DNA of 63,866 bases, from positions 1-63,866 of IMG/VR virus record IMGVR_UViG_3300010368_000012; one strand, 5' to 3'. Below the pieces are notes generated by a model. It saw only the letters and a list, made by a program, of their open reading frames with translations, had not been told where the DNA came from and did not search any database. Within the stretch, counting starts at the first letter, position 1, and every line of letters begins with the position of its first letter. Positions 9,438-19,500 of the stretch are shown here, one piece after another. Both the position numbers and the translations under genes were made by a program. The stretch is from a virus (lineage: Duplodnaviria; Caudoviricetes).

Positions 9438-9467
9438 ATTCTTGGCCTTCAAAAGTCCAACCTTAGC

Positions 9468-10688
9468 TTAGAGGAAGGTAAGGTTTGCAGCGTTAATACC
9501 GACTAGACCGTAGTAGTCAGCAGCATTACCGAGCGAAGTGGACTTATTGGTAAGAGCAACAACCGCATAACGCGACATGAAGCTAACCGTTGGTTCGAAG
9601 GTATTAGGGTCCATTACGACATCCGTACTCATGAGTGGGATGTATGGGCAGTAATAAACACCGGCATCAACTTCTGATCCCTTGTAGCCAACAAGAACTG
9701 GTGTGGAAGTCTGTGCGAATGTATCACAGTAGACTTTCATGGCACCGTTAAGAGTACCAACCAATTTAACGTTGACCGGGCCTTCAAAGTCGCCTTCAGT
9801 TGTTCTAGCGAACGCAGAAGTCTTTGCAGACTGAAGGATCGTTAGTGCATCTGGGGAAACGACGACGAAGTTACCAACACCAAGGCGAGTACGTGCGCCA
9901 ATGTTGTTAGCTTCACGACCGATAAGGATCGCAAGATTAGCGAACTCATCACCAACAAACGTTGCATTACCAGAGATTTTGGTCTGGTCGAACGTGTTGT
10001 CTGCGGTAGCCGCAGGTGGAAGAGCACGTAGGGTGCGAAGAAGCTCTTGGTCGATTTCCAATACCATGTGCTGCGCAATTGCGGCCATGATTTCGGACTC
10101 AAGATCAACACCGTGTTGGGTTGAAGCGTCTTGCGTTGCTTCAATGGTCCAGCGTGCGCTCATCTTACGAGGCTTGGCTTCAACCTGTTCCTTGACGATT
10201 TCGACAGAAACAGCATTACCCGGCATACCTTCTAGAGCAGCAGTATTAGAAGCTGCACCCGGATTGCCAGAGTTTTCATTACCAGAATAAGCTACAGCAA
10301 CATCATTTACATGACGTGGTGCGAACATTTCCTGACCTGCATACGCGCCACCGGCAGTATTTGCATACTTAACACGAAGCGAGTGGATTTGACCGAAAGG
10401 ACCAGTCAGAGGCTGAACACCAACGATTTCGTTAGCGATAACACCCGGAAGGACGCGACGGATCAATGGAAGAACAACTTGGTTCAACGCAGCGATATTA
10501 CCTGCTGCTGTTGCGCCGCCTGATGCGTTCTCCATAAGCATGGCATTGCCACGCATAGCTGACATAAACTTGCCAGATTCACGAAGCACATTATCAAGGC
10601 AAACATTCATGACACTTGACTGTTGATCGTTCAGTCCATCGGTCATTGCTTCTTTAATGAGCTTCCATTTATTTTCTACATTACGCAT
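9468..10688 (-). CDS. major capsid protein (T4 gp23-like)
   Basis: LPLIRRVLPGVIANEIVGVQPLTGP, RKMSARWTIEATQD, YYCPYIPL, FMSRYA motifs; gene order. Confidence 0.95.
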   Translation of the reverse strand: MRNVENKWKLIKEAMTDGLNDQQSSVMNVCLDNVLRESGKFMSAMRGNAMLMENASGGATAAGNIAALNQVVLPLIRRVLPGVIANEIVGVQPLTGPFGQIHSLRVKYANTAGGAYAGQEMFAPRHVNDVAVAYSGNENSGNPGAASNTAALEGMPGNAVSVEIVKEQVEAKPRKMSARWTIEATQDASTQHGVDLESEIMAAIAQHMVLEIDQELLRTLRALPPAATADNTFDQTKISGNATFVGDEFANLAILIGREANNIGARTRLGVGNFVVVSPDALTILQSAKTSAFARTTEGDFEGPVNVKLVGTLNGAMKVYCDTFAQTSTPVLVGYKGSEVDAGVYYCPYIPLMSTDVVMDPNTFEPTVSFMSRYAVVALTNKSTSLGNAADYYGLVGINAANLTFL

Positions 10689-10717
10689 TTTAATAATCTC
10701 CTAATAATATGCGATGA

Positions 10718-11800
10718 TTAACGAGGTAGTTTCGCACGAAGGTTCACGATGTCTTGATCGATATCTTCGTCTTTTACGTTCTCATTTTCAAAAACGGCTT
10801 GTCTTGAGCCAGTGCGAAGTGATCCTAACGGGCCGCGCTGGGCCTTCTTAGCTTCGCTGATACGGGTGCGATTACGAGAAGCGCTTTCCGTGACGTGGGG
10901 AAGATACTTTTTGAAAGTAGTTTCAAGCTTTTCAGCTGGAACACCTTCTAGAAGTTCCTTCATTTGTGTCTTTGCAGTACCTTGCAATGGACGCAAAAGA
11001 TTACCCATCTTGCGAACACGAATGGTGTTCTCGGTTAATCTTTCGAGTTTCTTAGAAATCACTTCATTGCTCTCGGCAAGTTTAGTGAGTTTCTTAGCAG
11101 AAGCAGCTTCGACTGTTTTACGAGCCTTTTCTGATTCCTGTAGTTTGGTCTTCAGTGAGTCGAGAATAGAGTCACGGCTGAAGTGTGATGCTTCAAATTC
11201 AGAAGCAAATGCCTCAAACATTTTGCGACCAAAGTTATTCTGGCGAGCCTTGACAATATCTGCCTTATACGCTTCCATAATAGTCTTCAGTTGCTTACGA
11301 GTAAGATGCTCTAGGACTTTCGCCATTTTCTTAACGAGCATTGTCTTATCAGACGCAAGCGATGCACGACCTTCCTTCATTAACTTAACGTGTTGTGCAC
11401 GCTGAAGTTTGAAGTCCTCAACCAATTCGCCAATTTCGCGTTTGATCACTGTGCGGTTAGCAGTTTCAAGCATCTTGACAGTTGCTTTAACTTTCTGAAC
11501 TGCACGTTGATCTGCTTCAGTAACAGCTTTAACAGCCTTTACTTTAGCAACGTGTAGGCGATCAACATCTTGTTTGAATTCGGTAAGATGAGCTGTAATA
11601 GCTTCACGTGCCATCTTGTCCAAAGCTTCTAATAGTCTCGAACGGTCAACTTTATACTGTTCTGCAAGTTCTTCACGAGCTTCATTACGAGCTTGTTCTT
11701 GAGCTTCTGCAATTACAGTTTTAAAAGTTTCACGCAGTTCGACTTTAGTATCTTCAGTAAGAAGGTCCGAATTCAAAAGCTGATCTAGAAATTTTTCCAT
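10718..11800 (-). CDS. prohead core scaffold protein (T4 gp22-like)
   Basis: Long coiled-coil; FGRKMFEAFASEF; lies between protease and capsid genes. Confidence 0.85.
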   Translation of the reverse strand: MEKFLDQLLNSDLLTEDTKVELRETFKTVIAEAQEQARNEAREELAEQYKVDRSRLLEALDKMAREAITAHLTEFKQDVDRLHVAKVKAVKAVTEADQRAVQKVKATVKMLETANRTVIKREIGELVEDFKLQRAQHVKLMKEGRASLASDKTMLVKKMAKVLEHLTRKQLKTIMEAYKADIVKARQNNFGRKMFEAFASEFEASHFSRDSILDSLKTKLQESEKARKTVEAASAKKLTKLAESNEVISKKLERLTENTIRVRKMGNLLRPLQGTAKTQMKELLEGVPAEKLETTFKKYLPHVTESASRNRTRISEAKKAQRGPLGSLRTGSRQAVFENENVKDEDIDQDIVNLRAKLPR

Positions 11801-11811
11801 GGTTTTAAGTC

Positions 11812-12438
11812 CTATAGCTTTAATTCATGTTTCATAAAGCCAAGTATACCTTCTCTAAGATATACTTGAGCTTTGGGGTCTTGCCGAACCATCTCGGCAA
11901 GTTTCAATACTTCATGCCCTCGTTTGGAGGACTGAAGACTTTCAACAATCGGACGTGGATATGCATCCGGTGCCGAAGGGTTTGCAACAACGTCAATAGT
12001 GATGATTTCAAAATCACTGACAACTCCATTGCTATCAACATTTCCTGAACCACGAGAAGAAACTCCCATCTTCATTCCATGTTTAATAAGTCCAGTGATA
12101 ATTTCACCAAGACCAAAAGGCATAATTTCGAATTTGGCATGACCATCCGCACCATCCATCCAGATATCCTTGATCAAGTGAGAAACACGAGCCAAGTCTA
12201 ATCCAAGATTATCAGGATGATCACATTCACCGGGAATAGGACCATCTTTATTAATGCGGCCTTTCATTTGATTGACCGCATTAATAATCTCGTCTTTCGG
12301 ATACATACGACCGTTACGGTTCTTAACATCGCCTTGAATAGCGGTGCCGCTTAGAATAATAGCCTTACCGGTCCCTTCCATCAGTTCGACGGAAGCAATC
12401 TCTGGCATTATTGTTTCAACAAGAACAGAACGGGTCAT
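11812..12438 (-). CDS. prohead protease (T4 gp21-like)
   Basis: NRNGRMYP, GECDHP, VSH, GVSSRGSG, DVVANPSAPDAYP motifs; start set at MTRSVLVE. Confidence 0.95.
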   Translation of the reverse strand: MTRSVLVETIMPEIASVELMEGTGKAIILSGTAIQGDVKNRNGRMYPKDEIINAVNQMKGRINKDGPIPGECDHPDNLGLDLARVSHLIKDIWMDGADGHAKFEIMPFGLGEIITGLIKHGMKMGVSSRGSGNVDSNGVVSDFEIITIDVVANPSAPDAYPRPIVESLQSSKRGHEVLKLAEMVRQDPKAQVYLREGILGFMKHELKL

Positions 12439-12439
12439 C

Positions 12440-13180
12440 TTAGTATTCGTTATCCACACCAAGTTCTTCTTCTTCGTCATCACCATCGGTTTTGACTAAT
12501 TTAGCAAGTGCTTCATCAAGTCCATCGATGTTTAGATCAGCGAATTCGTCATCTTCATCTGGATCAAGTTCATCACCAGCTTCTAGATCGTCATCATCAC
12601 CAAGGTCTTCATCGCCAAGGTCAGCTTCTGGATCAGCGTCGTCTTCATCGTCATCACCGAATTCCGGCAAATCAATATCAACGTCTTCGTCATCACCAAG
12701 ATCATCATCACCTTCTTCAGAACCTTCATCGCCAAACTCAGTTTCTGGATCAAACTCATCACCATCGTCATCACCAAGTTCTTCATCTTCGTCATCTTGA
12801 AGTTGTTCGCGCTCGATACCGTCTTGGGCATCGTCGATAGGATCAATTTGTGAATCACCAAACTCATCGTCTCCGGCTTCATCTTCGTCACCAAAAAGCA
12901 TTTCACCACCGGCTTCATCTTCGTCATCGATGATTTCATCTGATTCTGGATCAAACTCAGTTTCATCATCTTGAAGAAGATCGTCGATGCCTTCAGCTTC
13001 ATAAAGTCCAAGTTCTTCAGCAACTTCTCTTGCTAAAGCGATTGTAGAACGTGTAAACTCTTCACTAATTTCTTGTGCTAGTGCTTTACGTACACCAGAG
13101 TTCTGAGAAGACTCTGAAAGTTGAATGTATTTTTCAACTGTGCGAATAATATTTTCGCTAAATGCAGATTTTTTAGCCAT
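12440..13180 (-). CDS. highly acidic prohead core protein (gp67/gp68 position)
   Basis: D/E-rich 246 aa; located between portal and protease; GGAG RBS. Confidence 0.7.
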   Translation of the reverse strand: MAKKSAFSENIIRTVEKYIQLSESSQNSGVRKALAQEISEEFTRSTIALAREVAEELGLYEAEGIDDLLQDDETEFDPESDEIIDDEDEAGGEMLFGDEDEAGDDEFGDSQIDPIDDAQDGIEREQLQDDEDEELGDDDGDEFDPETEFGDEGSEEGDDDLGDDEDVDIDLPEFGDDDEDDADPEADLGDEDLGDDDDLEAGDELDPDEDDEFADLNIDGLDEALAKLVKTDGDDEEEELGVDNEY

Positions 13181-13284
13181 AATAGCTACTCCAATTTTTC
13201 TAGGTCGAACCTATATCGACACAAGTAGTTATCGGTGAGTTATAATAACCCCCGGTTTTGATTGATTTTTTGCAGTTTTCTTTA

Positions 13285-15435
13285 CTAGAAGCCGCCAAAG
13301 CCACTATCTTGGGCCGAAGGACCATAGATTGTAGACAGCATATAAAGGCGTTTAACTAGTGATTTGCGGTTCTGTTCGCGTTCAAGACGAAGTTTTCTGA
13401 TGTGGGCCATTGAAACTATTACAGTTCCTTCGCCTTCCTCACCGGTTGAACCAAACAGACCATCATTATCAATAGGCTCTTTGTCATCAGCTTGTTTAGG
13501 AACAGCAATCAAGTCTTCTGGATCAATATCAATTTCATCTTCTGTGATGAGTTTTCTATTCATATTCTTCAAATATCTAACCATATTTTCTTTAAGACTC
13601 TCTGTATCACCTTCTGCATATTGAATAGACTTCATGGCTTCAGTTAATACCTTGCCATCACGCTTGAAGCTTTCGAAACCAGACTGACCACCTTGCGGTC
13701 CACCCATTCCACCATAAGCGCCACCACCCATTTGTTGACCGCCCGGTTGATTACCCATTCCGCCACCCATTCCTTGATCGCCGAATTCACCAAACTCTCC
13801 GTCCATGCCTTGATCCATGCCCATGCCACCATCAAAGCCGCCGCCCATTCCCAAGCCACCCATACCAACGCCCATGCCACCAAGTTCATTTTCTTGGTCA
13901 TACTGTCTAGCAACAGCAGACATGTTTTCTTCCATGAATAGATGTTCGTTTTCTAGAATGTCATCTTCAGACATACTTCCGAAATGCTTCATGATGAAAC
14001 GTTTAGCAAAGAATGGAAATTGTGATGCAGAACTCATGATGTTTAGACGTTCTTCATTGAGTGAAGATTCTCTATACTCTGCAAAAGACATTGGTTCGAT
14101 GAATTTTAGTTCAAAGATACCACTATCGATTTGAATACCACGGAAATCCAAATATAGTTTGAACTCATTATCAATTCCATTATCATTCATATCCTGAATG
14201 CGTTCACACATCTTGGCGAACTGGCCTTCTTGGAGATATGCTGTTCCAACACGTCCATCGTTAAAGAGGGAACCGCCATCTTCTGGTCCAGCCATATATG
14301 AATTTGGAACACCAAGACCTTTATTCATCTTGTTGTTGAAGTGGGTTAATGGTCCTTCGTTGGTCCATGCTTGGCCTTCAAGGGTTTCAACCTTTGTACC
14401 ACGACCATCAGATGTGACTGTTAAGAACAGGTCATCCATTTGTGAAATTGGATTGTAAACAGAATCAACAGAGTCTTGACCACCGTGTGCTGATGGAATT
14501 CTTTTTTGCATTAATTCGTTTTTGACTTTGCGTGTATATGACTCAGACTTGTCAGGACGCATCTTACCAACGTCAATATAAAAGACGCGGCGTGAAGGTG
14601 CACGTTGGATTCTGTGAATGACTTCGGCTTCTTCAAGTAGGGAACGTGCTTTATAATCTTTGAAGATACGTTCAAGCATCGAGTCACCGAACGGCCAGAT
14701 ATCATTGTTCTGACCATTACCACCAACATCAAGACCTTCACTCATTGAAAGGTGAATGATGTGTTTCTTCTCAATAATACCTGAATATGATTTACCCTTA
14801 TCCTGTTGACCACCAGCACGACGACCGGATTGATACATGGATACTTGTGGGGAAGCATCGGTGACTTCCATCATGTTTGGATATTTGCGACGAAGATCAG
14901 TTAAGTGATATGCTTGGATTTCTTGTGTTTCGTCATCAACATAAACACCCGTAACGTTTCTTGGGCTTAATGGATGAAGGGTGAACTTGTCATCACGGAT
15001 GAAAAAGAAGTCACCGTATTTGATAATATTACGAATGGTTCTGAATGCTAAGTTATCCCAGTCACATTGTTTGTTCCAAATCTTAAGCATACTGAATAGA
15101 ACTTCAGTATCTTCATGAGAGATGGTGTCATCTTCTACAACGATTTGGAATGGTGTTTTTGATTTTGAATCTTTTTGAGTACAATGTTCGGCAATAATAT
15201 CTAGTGCTCTATGGATATCTGAATCCATATCCATGGCATCATATACATCATATCTTTGAATACGATCCCTACGACCACCGTAGAAGACTTGGTTTAGTAC
15301 TGAGAAATTAAAGTTTTCAGCATCAAGTTTATTATTCCAATCAAGCGGGGTCTGAACCATTGCGCCCATACGGCGGTTAGCTTGGTTTAGTTTTGCTTTG
15401 TTTGGTGAAGGTAAATGAGATTTAAACGATGGCAT
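13285..15435 (-). CDS. portal protein (T4 gp20-like) with long C-terminal extension
   Basis: YDAMDMDSDIHRALDIIAE, IHRIQRAPSRRVFYIDVG, GRGTKVETLEG motifs. Confidence 0.95.
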   Translation of the reverse strand: MPSFKSHLPSPNKAKLNQANRRMGAMVQTPLDWNNKLDAENFNFSVLNQVFYGGRRDRIQRYDVYDAMDMDSDIHRALDIIAEHCTQKDSKSKTPFQIVVEDDTISHEDTEVLFSMLKIWNKQCDWDNLAFRTIRNIIKYGDFFFIRDDKFTLHPLSPRNVTGVYVDDETQEIQAYHLTDLRRKYPNMMEVTDASPQVSMYQSGRRAGGQQDKGKSYSGIIEKKHIIHLSMSEGLDVGGNGQNNDIWPFGDSMLERIFKDYKARSLLEEAEVIHRIQRAPSRRVFYIDVGKMRPDKSESYTRKVKNELMQKRIPSAHGGQDSVDSVYNPISQMDDLFLTVTSDGRGTKVETLEGQAWTNEGPLTHFNNKMNKGLGVPNSYMAGPEDGGSLFNDGRVGTAYLQEGQFAKMCERIQDMNDNGIDNEFKLYLDFRGIQIDSGIFELKFIEPMSFAEYRESSLNEERLNIMSSASQFPFFAKRFIMKHFGSMSEDDILENEHLFMEENMSAVARQYDQENELGGMGVGMGGLGMGGGFDGGMGMDQGMDGEFGEFGDQGMGGGMGNQPGGQQMGGGAYGGMGGPQGGQSGFESFKRDGKVLTEAMKSIQYAEGDTESLKENMVRYLKNMNRKLITEDEIDIDPEDLIAVPKQADDKEPIDNDGLFGSTGEEGEGTVIVSMAHIRKLRLEREQNRKSLVKRLYMLSTIYGPSAQDSGFGGF

Positions 15436-15442
15436 CCAATAT

Positions 15443-15483
15443 TATTCCTCGATCAACATCTATTTACAGTTGATCGAGGAATA
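15443..15483 (-). promoter_or_regulatory. 15-bp perfect hairpin with late promoter in the loop and portal RBS in the 3' arm
   Basis: Minus strand: TATTCCTCGATCAAC-tgTAAATAgat-GTTGATCGAGGAATA, 7 nt before the portal ATG. Confidence 0.75.
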
Positions 15484-15484
15484 T

Positions 15485-18001
15485 TTATGTTTCGCGTACC
15501 GGACTATCATCATAGGTACGAACCCGACCGTTCGCTTCAATATTACTTAAGCGGCGATTACCAGAACCTCGTTGCTCGTTGCCTTCTTGGTGTAGACGAT
15601 TGCCTTCTTCAATTGCTGCCAGCACAATATGATTACCGGGACCAGCTTGAAAACCACTATTAATAATATCTGGGTCTAATGATATACTGCCTGTTGCCGC
15701 TCTAGCACGTCTAACATTACCAAGGTCACGGTTAATTGCAGCTGATTCTGTTGATATGATTTCTGCTGCTACAGGAGTCATATCAGCATTATTTCGGAAC
15801 ATGTCATCGATAAAATTCCTTGGAAAATTAACAATATCATTTTTTAAGTTTGTAAACCACTCCCCAATACCATCGAACCACTCCCCAACACAATCAACAG
15901 CATCGGTAATACGGTTTTTTGCCCATCCGAGTCCATCAGTAAGCCATGGTCCATCGAATGCGGCTAATATATTGGTGAAAAATGCTTGTGCTTTTCTCGT
16001 AAGCCAACCATCGAATAATGCATCAATACCAAACCATATTCCCGCCAACACACCTGCAATAACAGCTGGTATGCCAGCAAAAAAGATGGCACCAGCTACC
16101 AATAATCCCTTTGCTATCATTGTAAGAAGAGAGCCGCCAATTTGCGTCCAATCGAGGTCGCCCCAATTACTCACGAGACTAAATGCATCTGTTAGAATAC
16201 TAACAATACCACCAAGCAATACGGTTACTCTAAGAATACCAGCCGCCATTCCTGCAATACGCGCGGTGCCAGTCATAGCTTCACCAGCAGCGGCGACACC
16301 GGGGCCGAACCCCCTCGCACCAAACCCTGCTAACCTATTTGTTAACCCTCGAAATTTGCCAAAAAAACCAAGTTGAGCAAGTGTATTCGCGTGAACTGCG
16401 GCCTCTAATGACAATAATCCCGCCGCCAGCGATCCTACGTGTGTTAAAAATCCAGCAAGAGGAGCATCACCGTCTAGCCAACCCTTAAACCTATTTAAAA
16501 GACGGTTTATATATTGTTCATGTGCCGGTCTGGCATCCCGTTCCCGTTGGGCGGCTTCTAACCCATTCAATCTAGATGCCATATTATCATCATTTGCAAG
16601 CATAGGAACACTGTTCATTGCATCTAAGTCAAGTCTCCCGATGAAGCGTCTGACTATTGCATCGGCGTCCGTTGTATAACGGGCGATTTCCATCATATCA
16701 TTGATAGCTGGTCCCAACTGTGCCATACTAGCGGCATTATTATCCTGAAATGGCACCGCTGCTCCACCGGGTCCAGCGGCCACACCTTGTTGAACTAGTT
16801 CAAGTGTCTCTGGACTCATGGCACCAATACTGGTCATGACTCTATCTAATGTACTTGCTTGTTCCGAAGTCATAAGACCACGAGCAACTAATTCGGTTGT
16901 AGAACTTCTACCAGCTGCATTGAGTGTTCTGAGTTCTTTTAAACTTAGACCTGATAAATTCGAAAGTTCAGTCAAAGTTATATATTGACTTCTAGCATAA
17001 TCACGAACCTGTTCAGAATTTAATCGGTCGGTGATACCTTGGGCAACCAGAGTATTATAAATCCCATTTAAGTAATCGTGTTGCTCTTGTGTAGACATGG
17101 TGGCATACATATCGCTACCGCCTATCCAATTGACATTGTTCTGTAGCTCCCTCATTGCTGCCGAATATTCACCAACCGTTCCCCCAAAATACGTAAATGC
17201 TCTACCGCCCGCCGTCAAATCATCTGTTAGAGAGCGAATAGTTTCAGTAAAGGATAAACGACTAAGGGTGAAATCGTGTACCAAACTTTCCGTAAAGGTT
17301 GTAAGATTTCTAGATGAAGCTTCCATCGAGTCTTCGAAACGTTTACTAAATCCATCTAACCCGTGTTTCCCAGTAAAAAACTTGGTATACCCGGTTATGA
17401 AAGTTCTGATCATACCCTGCAATTCACCAACGATATATTCATTGGCGGTTCGATTGCTATCATCCCATATTGAGGATAGTTGTTCTTTGAATTTATCAAA
17501 GTTACCTGTAATATTGGCAACGTCTTCCGAACGAAGACGAGAATCGGCGAAGCTATTTCGTTTACCGCCGCCTTCACCGCCACCGCCGCCACCGCCGCCA
17601 CCGCCTTCACCGCCACCGCCTTCACCGCCACCGCCGCGTCCACCTAATCCGCCACTTTGCGCAATATGTTGACCAATGGTTTTACCCAAAAGTAATATCT
17701 GCTCCGGTTCGAATACTAATTGTACACCATCAGTTGATTTTTTATCATCCGCAAGCGTCTTCAACATCTTTTCGATAGCGGTTGTTGTATTTGTCAACGC
17801 AGCGGCGGCATCCGCCAATAGTACATTCGGATCGGCTGATTTATTAGGAGCACCATTGTTTAGCGAGGATTTGCCACCCGCCACCGCCTTGGTAATAGCA
17901 TCAAGACCACCCGATATAGTTTCGAGTATCTTTTTGTTCTCTACCCGCGATTCATTGATCGCGTTTATAAAGTCTCGTAAGTCTTGATCTGAAATAGCCA
18001 T
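15485..18001 (-). CDS. tape-measure-like tail protein
   Basis: 838 aa, helical, Ala/Gly-rich, hydrophobic segments and W/F-periodic region in the C-half; downstream of a frameshifting chaperone; AATAAATA 5 nt upstream. Confidence 0.65.
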   Translation of the reverse strand: MAISDQDLRDFINAINESRVENKKILETISGGLDAITKAVAGGKSSLNNGAPNKSADPNVLLADAAAALTNTTTAIEKMLKTLADDKKSTDGVQLVFEPEQILLLGKTIGQHIAQSGGLGGRGGGGEGGGGEGGGGGGGGGGEGGGKRNSFADSRLRSEDVANITGNFDKFKEQLSSIWDDSNRTANEYIVGELQGMIRTFITGYTKFFTGKHGLDGFSKRFEDSMEASSRNLTTFTESLVHDFTLSRLSFTETIRSLTDDLTAGGRAFTYFGGTVGEYSAAMRELQNNVNWIGGSDMYATMSTQEQHDYLNGIYNTLVAQGITDRLNSEQVRDYARSQYITLTELSNLSGLSLKELRTLNAAGRSSTTELVARGLMTSEQASTLDRVMTSIGAMSPETLELVQQGVAAGPGGAAVPFQDNNAASMAQLGPAINDMMEIARYTTDADAIVRRFIGRLDLDAMNSVPMLANDDNMASRLNGLEAAQRERDARPAHEQYINRLLNRFKGWLDGDAPLAGFLTHVGSLAAGLLSLEAAVHANTLAQLGFFGKFRGLTNRLAGFGARGFGPGVAAAGEAMTGTARIAGMAAGILRVTVLLGGIVSILTDAFSLVSNWGDLDWTQIGGSLLTMIAKGLLVAGAIFFAGIPAVIAGVLAGIWFGIDALFDGWLTRKAQAFFTNILAAFDGPWLTDGLGWAKNRITDAVDCVGEWFDGIGEWFTNLKNDIVNFPRNFIDDMFRNNADMTPVAAEIISTESAAINRDLGNVRRARAATGSISLDPDIINSGFQAGPGNHIVLAAIEEGNRLHQEGNEQRGSGNRRLSNIEANGRVRTYDDSPVRET
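17562..17652. repeat. low-complexity (GGY)n Gly-codon repeat
   Basis: Tandem ccgcca/ccgcct units encoding GGGGEGGGGEGGGGGG. Confidence 0.8.
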
Positions 18002-18016
18002 ACGTTTATTTATTTG

Positions 18017-18208
18017 CTATTTCGCGTCCGTTGCTTTCGATGAACGACGAACCTTGACAATCACTGGTCGATTGTCACAATTCGCTACATTCGTTTCTTT
18101 AACAGTTGGTTCATCAGTGGACTTTACGGGTTTATCCATACCAGAAATATGAAACACCAATTTCAATATAAGTACGGAAATAACCGTTAATAAAAACCCA
18201 ACACTCAT
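18017..18208 (-). CDS. small protein with N-terminal TM helix
   Basis: 63-aa ORF; ATGA overlap with the end of the frameshift ORF. Confidence 0.65.
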   Translation of the reverse strand: MSVGFLLTVISVLILKLVFHISGMDKPVKSTDEPTVKETNVANCDNRPVIVKVRRSSKATDAK

Positions 18209-18441
18209 GTCTTGCCGCCTTTCATGGCATCGCCTTTAGCTTTGAGATATCTAACAAGCGCCTTTTGAACAACATAAACTTCTGCTGGTGGCATTTGCTT
18301 CAACTCATTATAAGTAATACCGCCTTTTGATATTATAGCGATTTCAGCAAAAGAGTCAACTAGTTTATCAGTTTCCTTTTTCGCCTTCTTTATTATATCA
18401 AATATGTCTTTAGTTGATCTGGCCTCTCTCAGCCTTGAATA
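18205..18441 (-). CDS. -1 frame extension of the gp26-like gene (gp51-like / lambda gpT-like chaperone domain)
   Basis: 79-codon open frame YSRLREARSTKDIFDII...GGITYNELKQMPPAEVYVV...GGKT* with no start codon near its 5' end; begins at slippery T TTT TTT (18441-18447). Confidence 0.75.
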   Translation of the reverse strand, partial: YSRLREARSTKDIFDIIKKAKKETDKLVDSFAEIAIISKGGITYNELKQMPPAEVYVVQKALVRYLKAKGDAMKGGKT

Positions 18442-19358
18442 AAAAAACGTGTGGGGTCTTGAACCACATTAATCCCTTCGTTAGAGTGACCGCAATCAGG
18501 ACAAACATAAGTGACGGTTCCGGGTTTGATATACGGTTCGGTTAACTCGGTCAGTTTATCTTGGATTATTTCAATCCAACTAGATTTAAGTGTTTCTAAC
18601 CATGGCGTGATATGTTCTCTGGCTTTAACCGTAACAGAACCATCAGATGTCGTTACACCCAATATACTCGAAATCAAAATAGCGATACGAACTGTTTTAT
18701 AATTATCTAGACTTGCTTCATTCAATTCCATCTTCTTTTCTTCAGATATATCATCAAATCGTTTCATTGCTTCCATGATCTTATTCTGATTAACACCAAC
18801 CTTCATGGTTTCAATGATGTCTCTATATAGAGCAGGCCGCAATAGAACCAATTGACCGTTCGGTAATTCAATTCTCCAATCATCGGTGGAGTCAATCATC
18901 GGATATGTGTTCATTAGCTCTTGAATGTTTATTTCCATATCATTCTTAGCATCACATTTAGCATATACAACATCATCACCCTCACCGGTCATACGGGCCT
19001 TCTCGTCAGGATTATTACAAGTAAGCGTGACCTTCATCTTGTCACCATACGAAGCCAAGCGACCGGCAAGCATCAACATGTCAATATCATAAGAACATAA
19101 TTCAGCTGGTTTCAAAATAGCTGGTGCAACGGTCTTGGCCATTTTGGTGGATGCCTTACCAGACATGATGGCAAACGGGTTATTATAATGAACTTCTTCC
19201 CACATACTGAATGCATGTGCTTCCAATTCATTCGGGTCTGTACCTTCCTCAAACATATCATCATCATAAAACAAACCACGTGTCGGTAAGGTAACTGTAA
19301 TGTGTGGATAATTTTCTACATCAGCTAATAGCGGATTGGCTTCAGTCTTCTTAGACAT
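18429..19358 (-). CDS. baseplate hub / tail assembly protein (T4 gp26-like)
   Basis: LPTRGLFY, DIDMLMLAGRLASYG, CxxC motifs, DPTRFF end; GGAG RBS before MSKKTEANPLL; TTAAATA at 19388-19394. Confidence 0.8.
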   Translation of the reverse strand: MSKKTEANPLLADVENYPHITVTLPTRGLFYDDDMFEEGTDPNELEAHAFSMWEEVHYNNPFAIMSGKASTKMAKTVAPAILKPAELCSYDIDMLMLAGRLASYGDKMKVTLTCNNPDEKARMTGEGDDVVYAKCDAKNDMEINIQELMNTYPMIDSTDDWRIELPNGQLVLLRPALYRDIIETMKVGVNQNKIMEAMKRFDDISEEKKMELNEASLDNYKTVRIAILISSILGVTTSDGSVTVKAREHITPWLETLKSSWIEIIQDKLTELTEPYIKPGTVTYVCPDCGHSNEGINVVQDPTRFFIQG

Positions 19359-19424
19359 GCAATAACTCCAAAGATATGCGTTCAAGGTATTTAACGCAGA
19401 TTATTCACCATCGTATATGATTTT

Positions 19425-19452
19425 GTGCGCATAAAAAATATAAACTGCGCAC
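19425..19452. repeat. inverted repeat of TGCGCA boxes (candidate operator)
   Basis: GTGCGCA-14 nt-TGCGCAC in the divergent intergenic region upstream of an HTH gene. Confidence 0.45.
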
Positions 19453-19500
19453 GAATGTCCTATTATGAATATGTAAGCAACTTTCTAAAGGAGATTAAAA

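Noticed and set aside
9901-11405. Plus-strand ORFs opposite the capsid and scaffold genes
   Set aside because: Antisense shadows of strongly codon-biased genes
12492-13023. Ser-rich, His-rich and Met/Lys-rich ORFs
   Set aside because: Alternative-frame products of the GAT/GAA-rich acidic core gene
17097-17672. Pro-rich plus-strand ORF
   Set aside because: Antisense of the Gly-codon repeat in the tape-measure-like gene
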